Source: Amphiscolops sp. MND2022 | Taxonomy: Eukaryota | Reading direction: 5' to 3' | NCBI GenBank assembly: GCA_964187785.1 | Contig: OZ076409.1 | Coordinates: forward strand, 37,512,001-37,576,000 | Length of the DNA stretch: 64,000 nucleotides | Part shown: positions 1 to 43,876 of the stretch, one piece after another | How the letters are laid out: each line of letters opens with the position of its first letter | How positions within the stretch are numbered: the first letter of the stretch is position 1 | Notes under the pieces: generated by a model | Seen by the model: only the letters and a program-made list of their open reading frames with translations | The model's database searches: none | What the model was told of the DNA's origin: nothing | Program-made: the position numbers and the translations under genes

Positions 1-580
1 GGAGGACTTGTTTTCTCACGGGTACAATGTTACCATTGGCTATCTGTACTTTGAACTCCGGGGCGGGGAGTTCCTCAAGAAGTGCTGCTGGGTGAGCGGT
101 GAGGATTCGACGGAGTTAAGCTTCTGAGAGGGCGCTTTGGGTTGCGCCGGTGTCTAGTAAGCCGAAGTTCTCATATGCACGGAATTGGAGTGGTACATAG
201 AGCATCCTGTCTTTCTTGTTGAGTTGGAGGGTGGCACTCAGCTGGCGTATTTCATACCTCGGTTTTTTGGGTATTTTCGGTAGTTTGGCAGATGTGGTCG
301 TTGTATCGGCATTTGGTTGATTGAAGGCTGTGTCATTGGGGGGGGCTGATTGATGTTGGTGACTTGTGGTCTTGTGCTTCATCTCTCTCGGTTTAATGGT
401 GTAATTGTTAGTCGAGTGTCTGGTAATGACAAAGTTTGTAGTCTCTTTAGTGTAAGTTGAAGAACGGGACTGCCACCCCTTCTGGTTTTCAGTATGTAGT
501 TGAGTCGGAGTCGTAGTTTGTGGTTGTTGATTTAATAGCGCACTTTTGTATGATTGCGGAGGATGACGTGGCTTTAGAAG
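1..580 (-). pseudogene. pol: Gypsy pol N-terminus (aspartic protease) in the -1 frame relative to gag; premature TAA at 116-118
   Basis: The frame is open from 580 through ORF 116..382 (LLDTGATQSALS) and continues after the stop as LRRILTAHPAALL...KVQIANG. Confidence 0.82.
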
Positions 581-2102
581 TTTTTTGGGTCTTCTACGTC
601 ATCGTGTCTCTCCATTTCCTCAGCGATGTCGGTTTCGTCGTTGGTGGTGTAGGACAATTCGTTCGTGTTGTAGGCCCTGTTGTTGGTCTGCCTAAAATCC
701 CGGCGGAATTGATTGTTCTCTTCTGTCGACTGCTTAGAATACGGGACGCTTCGGTAGGCTGACGTCGTCGTATTTCTGTAGTAGCAGTCTCGGGCGGAGT
801 GTCCCACTTTGCCACATATCTGGCACACCAGTTTGGGATTGTATTTGGGTTTGACCTCTTGGGTATTGGTGGGTGGGGTTGGTTGTTGTTGGTTGTTAGT
901 TGAAGTTTTGTTCTGCGCTTCTTCTCTGATGCGTTTTCGGCATTCGGCCCATTTGTGTCCGGTGATTCCGCAGTGGCGACATTGACCGTCGAATTTGCGC
1001 TTCGTCTCCCTGTTTTGGGGTTGGTTGGGAGTTGGATGACTGCGGTACTGCTACGTTGGGTTGTGGTGCGCTGATTTGGTTGAATGGTTGTGCTGTCGTA
1101 CTTGGGATGAGTTGGGCATATTGGCATCTGCGTTGGACGAATGTCCGGATCTCCTCCATGGACGCATCGTGTTTCCCGGCCATAGCCAATTCGTTCTGCA
1201 TTTGGACGGGAAGTTTGGCGAATAGAAATGTCTCCGTTAGATCACTTGATTTGTCCCCGAATGCTTGTTTCGCCACTTTCTTGAATTTGTTTAGGAAGTC
1301 ATTGAACGTCTCAGTTGTTGGATCATAACGCATTTGGTCGAATTTGTATTTCGCTACTTCCTTCAGATCTTCTTTCGCGTACTCTTTTTTGAAGTAGCGA
1401 AGGACTTGGGCGAGTGTGGTCTGGTTTGTCATTTTCAGCGATTGCCAGAACTCAATGGCGTCGTCTCGCAGCAAGCTTTGGAAGTACGTGAGTTTCTGTT
1501 CTTCGGACAGTTTGTGTTGATGTGGTCTGAGATGGTTGAGCAGCAAGTGCTCAAATTCATTGTACTTTTCCCGGTTTCCTCTGAAAAGCGGGACTTGTGT
1601 GTGCCAGATTTTGGGATGTTGCACTGTATCCGTCATTGTGTCTCTCAGGTGGTGGAATATCATTGACTATGTCGTCGAACTGGTTGGCTGGTGGCTGAGG
1701 GCATCTGGATGTAGATTGGTGTGTTGGGTGTGGGTTCGTCAAGTAGTTGGTTGGAGAGAATCCTGTCACCATGTCGGAACGTGCACAGGTCTTGACAGAC
1801 GCTGTATTCTGACTGTTCCCTTCTCCAGAATTGGAGAATAACTTTTCAGTTAATGCCAGAACTAATCCAGTTAGGTCGCTGATTTGCTTATTCATGTCGG
1901 AGAAACGTTGGTCTATCGATTTCTGCTCTGGATTGTTATTGGTACGGATAAGGTTTCCATAGTCTAATTCATCGATTTGGTCTCTAGAAAGGACCTCTGG
2001 AACACTACATTCGCTTTCCGTGTCGCTACTTCTGTCATTCATATCCATTCCACCCAAGAACACTGGGATAGAACTTCTCTTGTTAGAGCGAGTGTTAACC
2101 AT
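574..2102 (-). pseudogene. gag: Gypsy gag, frameshifted across three frames, with two CCHC zinc knuckles
   Basis: ORFs 1557..2102, 896..1663 and the frame of 574..828. Knuckles CRHCGITGHKWAEC (about 940-985) and CQICGKVGHSARDC. Confidence 0.85.
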
Positions 2103-3308
2103 TGTAAAGAGTGTTTAGAGTTTAAGGTTTATTGATCGAAGAAAGTTTGTTTTAGAAGGTATGTGAAACGAAGTTAGTGTAAATAACGGGTATGTAGGTA
2201 GGTACTGAACGTTAAGGTACAAAATGCTCTAATGGTAGCACCTATTTGCTTCGTGTCAGTTATGGCGATGCTGGTCACACGACCACATCGACCAATCATA
2301 TTGCAGTACTCATTCGCACCTTAGTGGGTAATTGCGCAATTCGCGCCTCAATTTGGTACAACACAGAAAATGATGTGCAATCTTGTTGCTATGGCTACAT
2401 GACTCATTGCTTAGTGTATATGGTAATATGATGATGGTAATATAAGCTCATCATAGCACGGTAATACTATATTCACTGTACGTGCACGTGGTAATGCATT
2501 GTGATGTTAATGGTGTTGCGTATATCGTTAGTTGGTTGGGTAATGATACTAATTGCACTTACAAGCACCAAATGGATGAAGTGAACACTGATGATAATAC
2601 ATTAACTACATCATTGACTGAATGCTACGAGATTGATTCTAATGAGTATATGTAAAAAGGGAATGATTATCGTAAATAAATAGTTGGACACTGCTTCGAG
2701 ATTAAATATAGTAGATGCAGGTAATAAGTTTGAGTTTATTTTACTTGATGTAGTTTGCCCAACTACATTCTTTCTTTTCAGTTTTTCGGTCATGTTTTCA
2801 TTTGATAAATCTGCTTTTTGGGTGTTGTATGATTGAGCTCGTTCTTGTTCGGTATATTCATGCGTCAGGCATGACAGATACACGATGATAGTGGCGAACA
2901 AAATTCAAGTTGATATTAGAACTTAGTGCCAAAAGTCGCAAAAGTTTTGCGTTTCGTTTACAAACGTGTAGGAAACTCTGAAATGAGCTTTGAAATGATA
3001 ATATTTTCCATTACTTTGAAGTTTCATGGATTAGTAATGGTAGTCGTGGAATATTTAATGTTATCACCCATGACGATCCGTGACATGAAAACTTGTCGCA
3101 AAAGTCATGATCATCCATATGATTCATATGATTCTACATGGAACTAGCAATGAAGGATCCGAAAATCCATGTTAATGGATGATTTCCACGAACAAGGCAT
3201 ATCAGACAGCTTGAGTGGAACCAGTGTGAAATTTTAGAAATAAATTTCAGAAAAATTGAAGCTATTGATTTTTAATAGATTTTATTGTTTTCTTGCCAAC
3301 TGTTTTAC

Positions 3309-3419
3309 CTGTTTTCTTGCCAAATCATCTTCGTTTTAAAACAATGTATATTTAGTAGGTGACTATAGTCACCTAAATATACATTGTTTTAAAACGAAGA
3401 TGATTTGGCATGAAAACAG
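3309..3419. repeat. Near-perfect loopless palindrome of about 110 bp
   Basis: Arms are reverse complements centred at GACTA|TAGTC (3365/3366), with one mismatch and one 3-nt bulge. Confidence 0.93.
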
Positions 3420-4862
3420 TAAGCTATTCATTCTTTGTAAACCGGATTATTGAGCCTTAACAATAATTAGCATCGTGGTACGTGTTTGCACCACTCAAGA
3501 ACTGCAAACTTCTAAGGGCACCAGCCCACCGTATGGTAAAACTCTTGAATATTTTTCGACAAAATTTTCTCCAAAATCAAAAAAACGGGACCAAAAAGTT
3601 AGCGCAAAATTTCCGTTTTTTCCTGTTTTCTTGTGTGGTCACTTTATAATACTGGGGCCAAAATTGGGTCAAAGGGGCCCTTGCACGTTTTGAAACAAGC
3701 TGAAATACAGCCAGAGACACCACGCAAGCAAAGTTTTGGCGCAAAGTCCGGAACCAGTGCGACGAAGCGGGCCCCCATCCCATCTATTTGAAAATCAAAA
3801 TGAAAGCCCTGATTGTCTTCTTTCGAACGCGCTGAAAATCGTTTATCGGACCGAAGAGTTCTGGAGATACTGCGCTTTAAAGTTTGAGCACAAGATTTTT
3901 GGATGCATCCAGAAAATTCCACCTCCATTCCGGTTGAACGAGTTTTGACCAAAGTATTTTCATTGAGAATGAATGAAAGTCCCAAAAGTTGTGAACTCTG
4001 TTTTTTTTCGGAAACTGGGATTCGTCGAACATTTGTCATGCAATGTCTCTAAAATCACTGTTTGACGAGAAGTGTTAGATTGTGTTTCGGCTTGTCAGCG
4101 TTCTTTCACTTACAACTTTAATATTCAATTGATATTGAAAAAAGTGAACTTAGTTTTTTTTACAGAAACATTAATTTGGATACACGCGAAAACGTTGCAA
4201 GAAATTTACAGTAGTTTTCCAACTAACACATTGTTTTTTCCGAAAACATTACAGTCCCACTGCGCTTTTTTACAGTGTGTTAAACGTGTCATATGGAATT
4301 TTACAAAACACTTATCGAAGCAGCGTTTGTAACATCTTCAAATAATATTTTAATATAGAATAATCGAATGTTCACTCTGTGATTTCTCAAGCTTTTCAGC
4401 ATGGTAGAAGTGGGACTTCGTCAGTCGACAATTTCATCAGTTTTTCTGTCTTTTTGGACTATAAACATAAACTTTACTCAAATCAAACGTGGTTCACGTT
4501 TTCTCTAACATATCTTTACCATTCGAAAATTGAGAGTACTAGATTTGAAGTTAAACATAGAACATGTAAAAATAGTTCCAAAAAATGAATTGTGCGTTTT
4601 GATGTTTTAACATGGCGGTTGAATCGCTCTATTGCACACGATTGTTTTCGATTACTCACCGGGGGCCTTTAATTAATGAGAACTTCACAAATACGCTTTA
4701 AAGTTAATCTGTCTAATTGTTTATGACTTGGTGAAGCCATGACTGATGTTCGAGTTAACGGCTGCTGAAACTCGGTACATCTTAACGTCAAATTTGTAAT
4801 CAAGATACTTCTCTCCGATTTGCGTGGCTGCTTTTTATAAAGTAAATTGGCGTGACTCATAG

Positions 4863-35245
<30,383 letters not shown>

Positions 35246-35283
35246 CGACTTGATTAAATTAATACTATCGACCATGTTTTCAT

Positions 35284-38200
35284 ATCAAATAAAACATTTT
35301 GAAAAAGCGAGCTGAGAAGTGAAGTAAAAACCAGGCGAATTGCTCTTTTATCTTTCACCGGATGCCCATTGATAGAAAAATGTCAAGTTTTGCTGTAGAA
35401 ACAATTTTTGAGGAAATGAGTGAAACTTTCAACAGATGAGTCATTCGACTCACAAGTTTTTCAAACCACAGTAAGGTTGTTAAATTTGAGCGAGAACATT
35501 TCTTGTGGCTAAATCAATCAAAGTTCTAGCATTGGAGTTGTTTGTCAGAAACTGGTAAACCCTGCTTGTAAATATTATCAGCTCTATTAGATCCAATCCA
35601 ATGTTTTTCTTCATCTTGCCATCCAAAATAACGGGAAATGCTATGTAGCTGCCCTAGTTGAAAGTGCTCTAAAGTTTTACATGTTTTTATAGGTTGCAAG
35701 GCAAATTTATTAGGTTTTTGGGAGCTGCTTGGTGAAAATTCCATGCTTAAAATTTTCATGCTGCGTCACTAATTCTTCAGGTATTTATTAGGATTCCTTT
35801 ACAAATTGCCTGGTTTTTTCCAAACATTTTCTAGGCTGCAGCCATATTTTTTCAAATGTGCATGGATCTGCTCAGAGGATTTTGCAGGTTGCATAGAAAT
35901 TTTACAAAATTTTTCCATGCATGCTTCCAGTATTTTCTATGTTTTTCAAAAATTTACAATGCATGCATGGATGCAACATGGAAAACTTTCCGGCATGTCC
36001 GACTAGGGTGAATTCGCAATTTTCAAAATTTTCCTTGGCGAATTCACCCAGACTCACGATCGACACAGCAATTTTATGTTGTAAATCATACCTCTCAAAC
36101 TCAAAGACTACTTTATTTGCAAGTTTGTTAAGTCCGATTTATTGGTGTTGATCGTATATGAAAATAGCAAATCTTAGATTGATTTAGCAGGACCCGACTT
36201 TTGGGACTTTGTTTTACTTTCAAGAAATATTTGATTGACAATAGCAGTAAGAGTTTTCTCTGTTCAACCTGGGAATAGTTTGTTTTTCAAAAGTGTTTCA
36301 CTCAATTCTGGCACTCTTTTTCTTAAAAATGGCTTTTCGTTTTTTTTCAGAACTTATAAAATGGTGGCTCAAAAGTTTCAAGTATGCAACACCAGAAGGA
36401 AAGTTGCCAAGTGGTAGGGTGCGAATTGGATTTCAAGCACTTTTTTAACTTTCCCAAATTGAACTCCATTCATAATCTTTTCCGATCTATTCTTGAATTC
36501 TCCTATTTTTGAGCCCCAGGGAGGGGAAAGCACCGAGTGATAAACTTTTGCTGGTTTGTTTCTGCATTTGTTTCCTATTGTTAGTTTTTCCTTTTCGGAG
36601 TTTTCGGGAATTCGGTAATTTAGATAGTTTCAAAAACGTTTTCCCGCAAATTTTATCTCTATTTGCGCCGAACAGAGTAATGCTGGTGTGTCAGTTTTCC
36701 TTTTAACTAAAATCAAGTTGCTTTCACCTCTCATTTTTGAAACGTCGTAACTTGACAAAGTCCAAAATTAGAACAAACAGAGCAAAATGACTCATGTTAA
36801 CAACTGTTAAGAAAAATGAACAACTTTATTGTCAAATGTGATTTTAGTACACTGGTAAATACAGTCGTGTGATAAAAGAATGGAAACCTTGTTTGATAAT
36901 GAAGTTTGGAATGTCTGATGATTTTGGGAAATTGTCAAAACTGTCAATTTTTCCAAATTATGATAGTAGCATTTCTTGGATTTCCGTTTAGTTTGCATTC
37001 CTCTAAAGTTGGAAGCCTTAAGAATGTATGAGACAAATTTGCAAAAAAATAATTTTTACGCCAAGTCATTACAGTGCACAGGCAAGCTATTTTGCTGCTT
37101 TTCGTGGAATCCGGGACACGAAAATTGAGAAAAGTCGTGGAATCCAGGACAAATTTTCCCTTTGATGTTGAGCGTGTCTTGGATTCCACCAGAGTGCTTG
37201 TCCTGGACTCCACGCCAATACTGCTGCTATAATGACGCTTTTGCCGCTGCTCTCTGATTGGTCCGCTGATTTGGAGTAATCAAATAAAACATTTTGAAAA
37301 AGCGAGCTGAGAAGTGAAGTAAAAACCAGGCGAATTGCTCTTTTATCTTTTACCAAATGCCCATTGATAGAAAATGTCAAGTCTTGCTGTAGAAACAATT
37401 TTTGAGGAAATGAGTGAAACTTTCAACAGATGAGTCATTCGACTCACAAGTTTTTCAAACCACAGTAAGGTTGTTAAATTTGCGCGAGAACAATTCTTGT
37501 GGCTAAATCAATCAAAGTTCTAGCATTGGAGTTGTTTGTCAGAAACTGGTAAACCCTGCTTGTAAATATTATCAGCTCTATTAGATCCAATCCAATGTTT
37601 TTCTTCATCTTGCAATCCAAAATAACGGGAAATGCTATGTAGCTGAATTCGCAATTTTCAAAATTTTTTTTCTTGGCGAATTCACCCAGACTCACGATCG
37701 ACACAGCAATTTTATGTTGAAAATCATACCTCTCAAACTCAAAGAATACTTTATTTGCAAGTTTGTTAAGTCCGTTTTATTGGTGTTGATCGTATAAGAA
37801 AATAGCAAATCATAGATTGATTTAGCAGGACCCGACTTTTGAGACTTTGTTTTACTTTCAAGAAATATTTGATTGACAAAAGCAGTTTTCTCTGTTCAAC
37901 CTGGGAATAGTTTGTTTTTCAAAAGTGTTTCACTCAATTCTGGCACTCTTTTTCTTAAAAATGGCTTTTCGTTTTTTTTCAGAAGTTATAAAATGGTGGC
38001 TCAAAAGTTTCAAGTATGCAACACCAGAAGGAAAGTTGCCAAGTGGTAGGGTGCGAATTGGATTTCAAGCACTTTTTTAACTTTCCCAAATTGAACTCCA
38101 TTCATAATCTTTTCCGATCTATTCTTGAATTCTCCTATTTTTGAGCCCCAGGGAGGGGAAAGCACCGAGTGATAAACTTTTGCTGGTTTGTTTCTGCATT

Positions 38201-40545
38201 TGTTTCCTATTGTTAGTTTTTCCTTTTCGGAGTTTTCGGGAATTCGGTAATTTAGATAGTTTCAAAAACGTTTTCCCGCAAATTTTATCTCTATTTGCGC
38301 CGAACAGAGTAATGCTGGTGTGTCAGTTTTCCTTTTAACTAAAATCAAGTTGCTTTCACCTCTCATTTTTGAAACGTCGTAACTTGACAAAATCCAAAAT
38401 TAGAACAAACAGAGCAAAATGACTCATGTTAACAACTGTTAAGAAAAATGAACAACTTTATTGTCAAATGTGATTTTAGTACACTGGTAAATACAGTCGT
38501 GTGATAAAAGAATGGAAACCTTGTTTGATAATGAAGTTTGGAATGTCTGATGATTTTGAGAAATTGTCAAAACTGTCAATTTTTCCAAATTATGATAGTA
38601 GCATTTCTTGGATTTCCGTTTAGTTTGCATTCCCCTAAAGTTGGAAGCCTTAAGAATGTATGAGACAAATTTGCAAAAAAAAATTTTTACGCCAAGTCAT
38701 TACAGTGCACAGGCAAGCTATTTTGCTGCTTTTCTTGGAATCCGGGACATGAAAATTGAGAAAAGTCGTGGAATCCAGGACAAATTTTCCCTTTGATGTT
38801 GAGCGTGTCTTGGATTCCACCAGAGTGCTTGTCCTGGACTCCACGCCAATACTGCTGCTATAATGACGCTTTTGCCGCTGCTCTCTGATTGGTCCGCTGA
38901 TTTTGAGTAATAAAATAAAACATTTTGAAAAAGCGAGCTGAGAAGTGAAGTGAAAACCAGGCGAATTGCTCTTTTATCTTTTACCGGATGCCTATTGATA
39001 GAAAATGTCAAGTCTTGCTGTAGAAACAATTTTTGAGGAAATGAGTGAAACTTTCAACAGATGAGTCATTCGACTCACAAGTTTTTCAAACCACAGTAAG
39101 GTTGTTAAATTTGCGCGAGAACAATTCTTGTGGCTAAATCAATCAAAGTTTTAGCATTGGAGTTGTTTGTCAGAAACTGGTAAACCCTGCTTGTAAATAT
39201 TATCAGCTCTATTAGATCCAATCCAATGTTTTTCGTTCATCTTGCAATCCAAAATAACGGGAAATGCTATGTAGCTGAATTCGCAACTTTCAAAATTTTT
39301 TTCCTTGGCGAATTCACCCAGACTCACGATCGACACAGCAATTTTATGTTGTAAATCATACCTCTCAAACTCAAAGACTACTTTATTTGCAAGTTTGTTA
39401 AGTCCGATATATTGATGTTGATCGTATATGAAAATAGCAAATCTTAGATTGATTTAGCAGGACCCGACTGTTGGGACTTTGTTTTACTTTCAAGAAATAT
39501 TTGATTGACAAAAGCAGTTTTCTCTGTTCAACCTAGGAATAGTTTTTTTTCAAAAGTGTTTCACTTAATTCTGGCACTCTTTCTCTTAAAAATGGCTTTT
39601 CGTTTTTTTTCAGAAGGTATAAAATGGTGGCTCAAAAGTTTCAAGTATGCAACACCAGAAGGAAATTTTGCCAAGTGGTAGGGTGCGAATTGGATTTCAA
39701 GCACTTTTTTAACTTTCCCAAATTGAACTCTATTCATAATCTTTTCCGATCTTTTTTTGAATTCTCTTCTTTTTGAGCCCCAGGGAGAGGAAAGCACCGA
39801 GTGATAAACTTTTGCTGGTTTGTTTCTGCATTTGTTTCCTATTGTTAGTTTTTCCTTTTCGGAGTTTTCGGGAATTCGAAAATTTAGATAGTTTAGAAAA
39901 CGTTTTCCCGCAAATTTTATCTCTATTTGCGCCGAACAGAGTAATGCTGGTGTGTCAGTTTTCCTTTTAACTAAAATCAAGTTGCTTTCACCTCTCATTT
40001 TTGAAACGTCGTAACTTGACAAAATCCAAAATTAGAACAAACAGAGCAAAATGACTCATGTTAACAACTGTTAAGAAAAATGATCAACTTTATTGTCAAA
40101 TGTGATTGTAGTACACTGGTAAATACAGTCGTGTGATAAAAGAATGGAAACCTTGTTTGATAATGAAGTTTGGAATGTCTGATGATTTTGGGAAATTGTC
40201 AAAACTGTCAATTTTTCCAAATTATGATAGTAGCATTTCTTGGATTTCCGTTTAGTTTGCATTCCTCTAAAGTTGGAAGCCTTAAGAATGTATGAGACAA
40301 ATTTGCAAAAGATAATTTTTACGCCAAGTCATTACAGTGCACAGGCAAGCTGTTTTGCTGCTTTTCGTGGAATCCGGGACACGAAAATTGAGAAAAGTCG
40401 TGGAATCTAGGACAAATTTTCCCTTTGATGTTGAGCGTGTCTTGGATTCCACGAGAGTGCTTGTCCTGGATTCCACGCCAATACTGCTGCTATAATGACG
40501 CTTTTGCCGCTGCTCTCTGATTGGTCCGCTGATTTTGAGTAATCA
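35284..40545. repeat. Tandem triplication, 1632-bp unit
   Basis: Near-identical ORFs at 36509, 38141 and 39773; units start at about 35284, 37279 and 38910. Confidence 0.95.
35652..36008. mobile_element. CCC-terminal MITE with 2-bp TSD (TG), present only in unit 1
   Basis: CCCTAGT...ACTAGGG; sister units show the empty site GTAGCTG|AATTC. Confidence 0.88.
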
Positions 40546-43500
40546 TTAGTGGCAAGGCAAAAGAACTTTTATTTAAATTAATTTTATATCAATGGAAACT
40601 GTTTTGATTGACACAAAAAATCATAAAGTACGAATAGAGATAGTCATCACTGGTACCAAAATCGCAGCATGTCATCAAAAAATGGCAGATTGTGATGATC
40701 TGACAGTTTGTTCAAAACTGGTACTGAACTGAAAAATACGCATATTTGTGTAATATAATATACTTTTTGCATAATTCTGATTGGAAAGGCAAAAGAACTT
40801 GAATTAAATCAATTTTATATCAATGGAAATTGTTTTGATTGACACGAATGAACCCATATTACGAATAGAGATACTCATGACTGGTACCAAACTTGCAGCA
40901 TGTCATCAAATAATGGCAGATTGGGATGATCTGGCAGTTTGTTCAAAACTGGTACTGAACTGAAAAATACGAAAACTTGTATGATATTGGTGTGTTTGTC
41001 TGAACCATTTTGAGTTAATATACGGAAAGTAGTGCATAAAATTATGTTTGTTCAGTCATCCATTTGAATTTAATTCAAGAAGAGATGCCGCGAATCGCGT
41101 CAAGCACAAAGTCGTGGAATCCAGGAAGTTTATGATTTCTGCAACCTGATTGGTTCATTTTGCAAACCTTACGTTTTTGTGGAATCCAGGACACAGCGGC
41201 ATGCCGACAGTGCGCACAGCTATGCATTTGTTACTGGAATCCACGACGAAATCCGTGAAATCCGGGACATATGACGTAATTTGCCAATTTTGCACGATTA
41301 AAGGTATGGTCGTGGAATCCGAGGTATTGAGAGTACCGTGTTGCGCTTTGAGCAAATTAAGCTTGCCTATGCTCTCTAATGATTGGGCCTTTCCCGATTT
41401 ATTACATTTTTGCATATAGTTTCACCAGGAGTGTCAAAAATTGGAAAAAGTTGATCTTTTTGACAATTTTGGCTTCAGGTTGAGGAAATTTTCTAACATG
41501 AAACTACAGATGTTTCTTCCAAAATAAGCCTACTGGACCCCAAGTTTAGTTGTTGTTGAATGTTTACACCATTCTAACACAACGAAGTAGTTCGAAAATT
41601 TTACAAAAATTGTTAAAAAACGTCAAAATATTTGATTTTTGGGTCATTCAGTTTTTAGTCGGCGCTTCATGAAGTGAAACGCGACTATTATAGTGCCTCT
41701 TTTTTTTCAATCCACACGAACTGAACAAAATAATTCTTAGAAGTTCTACTAAATATTATTGCACCAAATTGCACCATTTGGCCTAGCGAACTGAACCAAA
41801 AACATTTTTCCTGTTTTTTGCGTAACATACCATACCGGGCGAGACCAAAGGGTCCCCCCTTTCAATTTTTTTTTGGCACTGCGAGACTTTTTTTCGGAAA
41901 AAATTTTCCCCAAAGGGTTCCACCGTCAATTTTTTGTTTTTGCGTCAAAATGGATGTTGGAAAATCCCAAAGGGTCCCTCTTTTCAGTTTTTTTTGACAC
42001 TGAAGTTTTTTTTCCGGAAATAAAAGTTTTCCCCCCTTCAATTTTTTGATGTTTTGCGACAGAATGGTTGTTGAAAAAGCCCAAAGGGTCCCACCTTTCA
42101 GTATTTCGGCATTGTGAAACTCTTTTTCTGAAGTTTTTTTCTCTCCAAAAGGTCCCCTTTTCATTTTCGTCGATCTTTTACAACAAATTGGGTGTTTAAA
42201 AATCCAAAAGGGTCCCCCTTTTAGTTTTTCGGCAAGCTATTTTGCTGGTTTTTGTGGAATCCGGGACACGAAAATTGAGAAAAGTCGTGGAATCCAGGAC
42301 AAATTTTCCCTTTGATGTTGAGCGTGTCTTGGATTCCACGAGAGTGCTTGTCCTGGATTCCACGCCAATACTGCTGCTATAATGACGCTTTTGCCGCTGC
42401 TCCTTGATTGGTCCGCTGATTTTGAGTAATCATTAGTGGCAAGGCAAAAGAACTTTTAATTAAATTAATTTTATATCAATGGAAATTGTTTTGATTGACA
42501 CGAAAAATCCCAAAGTACGAATAGAGATACTCATGACTGGTACCAAACTTTCAACATGTCATCAAAGAATGGCAGATTGTGATGATCTGGCAGTTTGTTC
42601 GAAACTGGACTAAACTACAAAAAATACGGAAACTTGTATGATTTTGGTGTGTTTGTCTGAATCATTTTGAGTTAATATACGGAAAGTAGTGCATAAAATT
42701 ATGTTTGTTCAGTCATCCATTTGAATTTAATTCAAGAAGAGTTGCCGCGAATCGCGTCAAGCACAAAGTCGTGGAATCCAGAAAATTTATGATTTCTGCA
42801 ACCTGATTGGTTCATTTTGCAAAACTTACGTTTTTGTGGAATTCAGGACACAGCGGCATGCCGACAGTGCGCACAGCTATGCATTTGCTACTGGAATCCA
42901 CGACGAAATCCGTGAAATCCGGGATATATGACGTAATTTGCCAATTTAGCACGATCAAAGGTATGGTCGTGGAGTCCGAGGTATTGAAAGCACAGTGTTG
43001 CGCTTTGAGCAAATTAAGCTTGCCTATGCACTCTAATGATTGGGCTGTCCCGGCTTATTATATTTATGCTTATAGTTTCACCAGGAGTGTCAAAAATTGG
43101 AAAAATTTGATATTTTTGACATTTTTGGCTTCAAGTTGAGGAAATGAAACTACAGATGTCTCTTCCAGAATAAGCCTACTGGACCCCAAGTTTAGTTGTT
43201 GTTGAATGTTTACACCATTCTAACACAACGAAGTAGTTCGAAAATTTTACAAAAATTGTTAAAAAACGTCAAAATATTTGATTTTTGGGTCATTCAGTTT
43301 TTAGTCGGCGCTTCATGAAGTGAAACGCGACTATTATAATGCCTCTTTTTTTAATCCACACGAACTGAACAAAAGAATTCTTAAAAGTTATACAAAATAT
43401 TATTGCACCAAATTGCACCATTTGGCCTAGCGAACTGAACCAAAAAATTTTTTTCATGTTTTTTGCGTAAGATACCATACCGGGCGAGACCAAAGGGTCC

Positions 43501-43876
43501 CCCCTTTCATTTTTTTCGGCACTGCGAGACTTTTTTTCGGAAAAATTTTTCCCCAAAGGGTTCCACCGTCAATTTTTTTGCTTTTTGCGTCAGAATGGAC
43601 GTTGGAAAATCCCAAAGGGTCCCTTCTTTCAGTTTTTTTCGACACTGTGAAGTTTTTTATCCGGAAATGAAAGTTTTCCCCCCTTCAATTTTTTGATGTT
43701 TTGCGACAGAATGGTTGTTGAAAAAGCCCAAAGGGTCCCACCTTTCAGTTTTTTGGCATTGTGAAACTTTTTTTCTTAAATTTTTTTCTCTCCAAAAGGT
43801 AACCTTTCAATTTCTTTGTTATTTTACAACAGATTGGGTGTTTAAAAATCCAAAAGGGTCCCCCATTCAGTTTTTC
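40344..43876. repeat. Internal tandem duplication in unit X (40344-42230 / 42231-43876)
   Basis: ORFs 41150 and 42807 are homologous; junction at GGCA. Confidence 0.9.
41652..42234 (+). mobile_element. HINE-like element, 3'-truncated by the duplication junction
   Basis: TTTTTAGTCGGCGC start and AAAGGGTCCC repeats. Confidence 0.65.

Larger units (their letters stand above)
1..2900 (-). mobile_element. Ty3/Gypsy LTR retrotransposon, 5' part (putative 5' LTR, gag, protease), running off the left edge; disrupted
   Basis: Gag fragments with capsid-like 'VPLFRGNREKYNEFEH', two CCHC knuckles and protease motif LLDTGA. Putative LTR about 2247-2900 (TG..CA on minus) cannot be confirmed because no second LTR is in the window. 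Confidence 0.88.

Noticed and set aside
520..1841. Plus-strand ORFs opposite gag
   Set aside because: Antisense shadows of codon bias with no independent motifs.
2233..2240. TGGTAGCA as an initiator-Met PBS
   Set aside because: Wrong strand for the minus-strand element and only an 8-nt match.
3511..4672. Kolobok-like element (CTAA-GGG...CCT-TTAA)
   Set aside because: The left TTAA and the TIR match are too weak to support a call.
36509..40476. Repeated ORFs (MSPREGK, MQTKRK, MESRTS) as a gene family
   Set aside because: They recur only because of recent tandem duplication; many have non-ATG starts, with no motifs or splice support.
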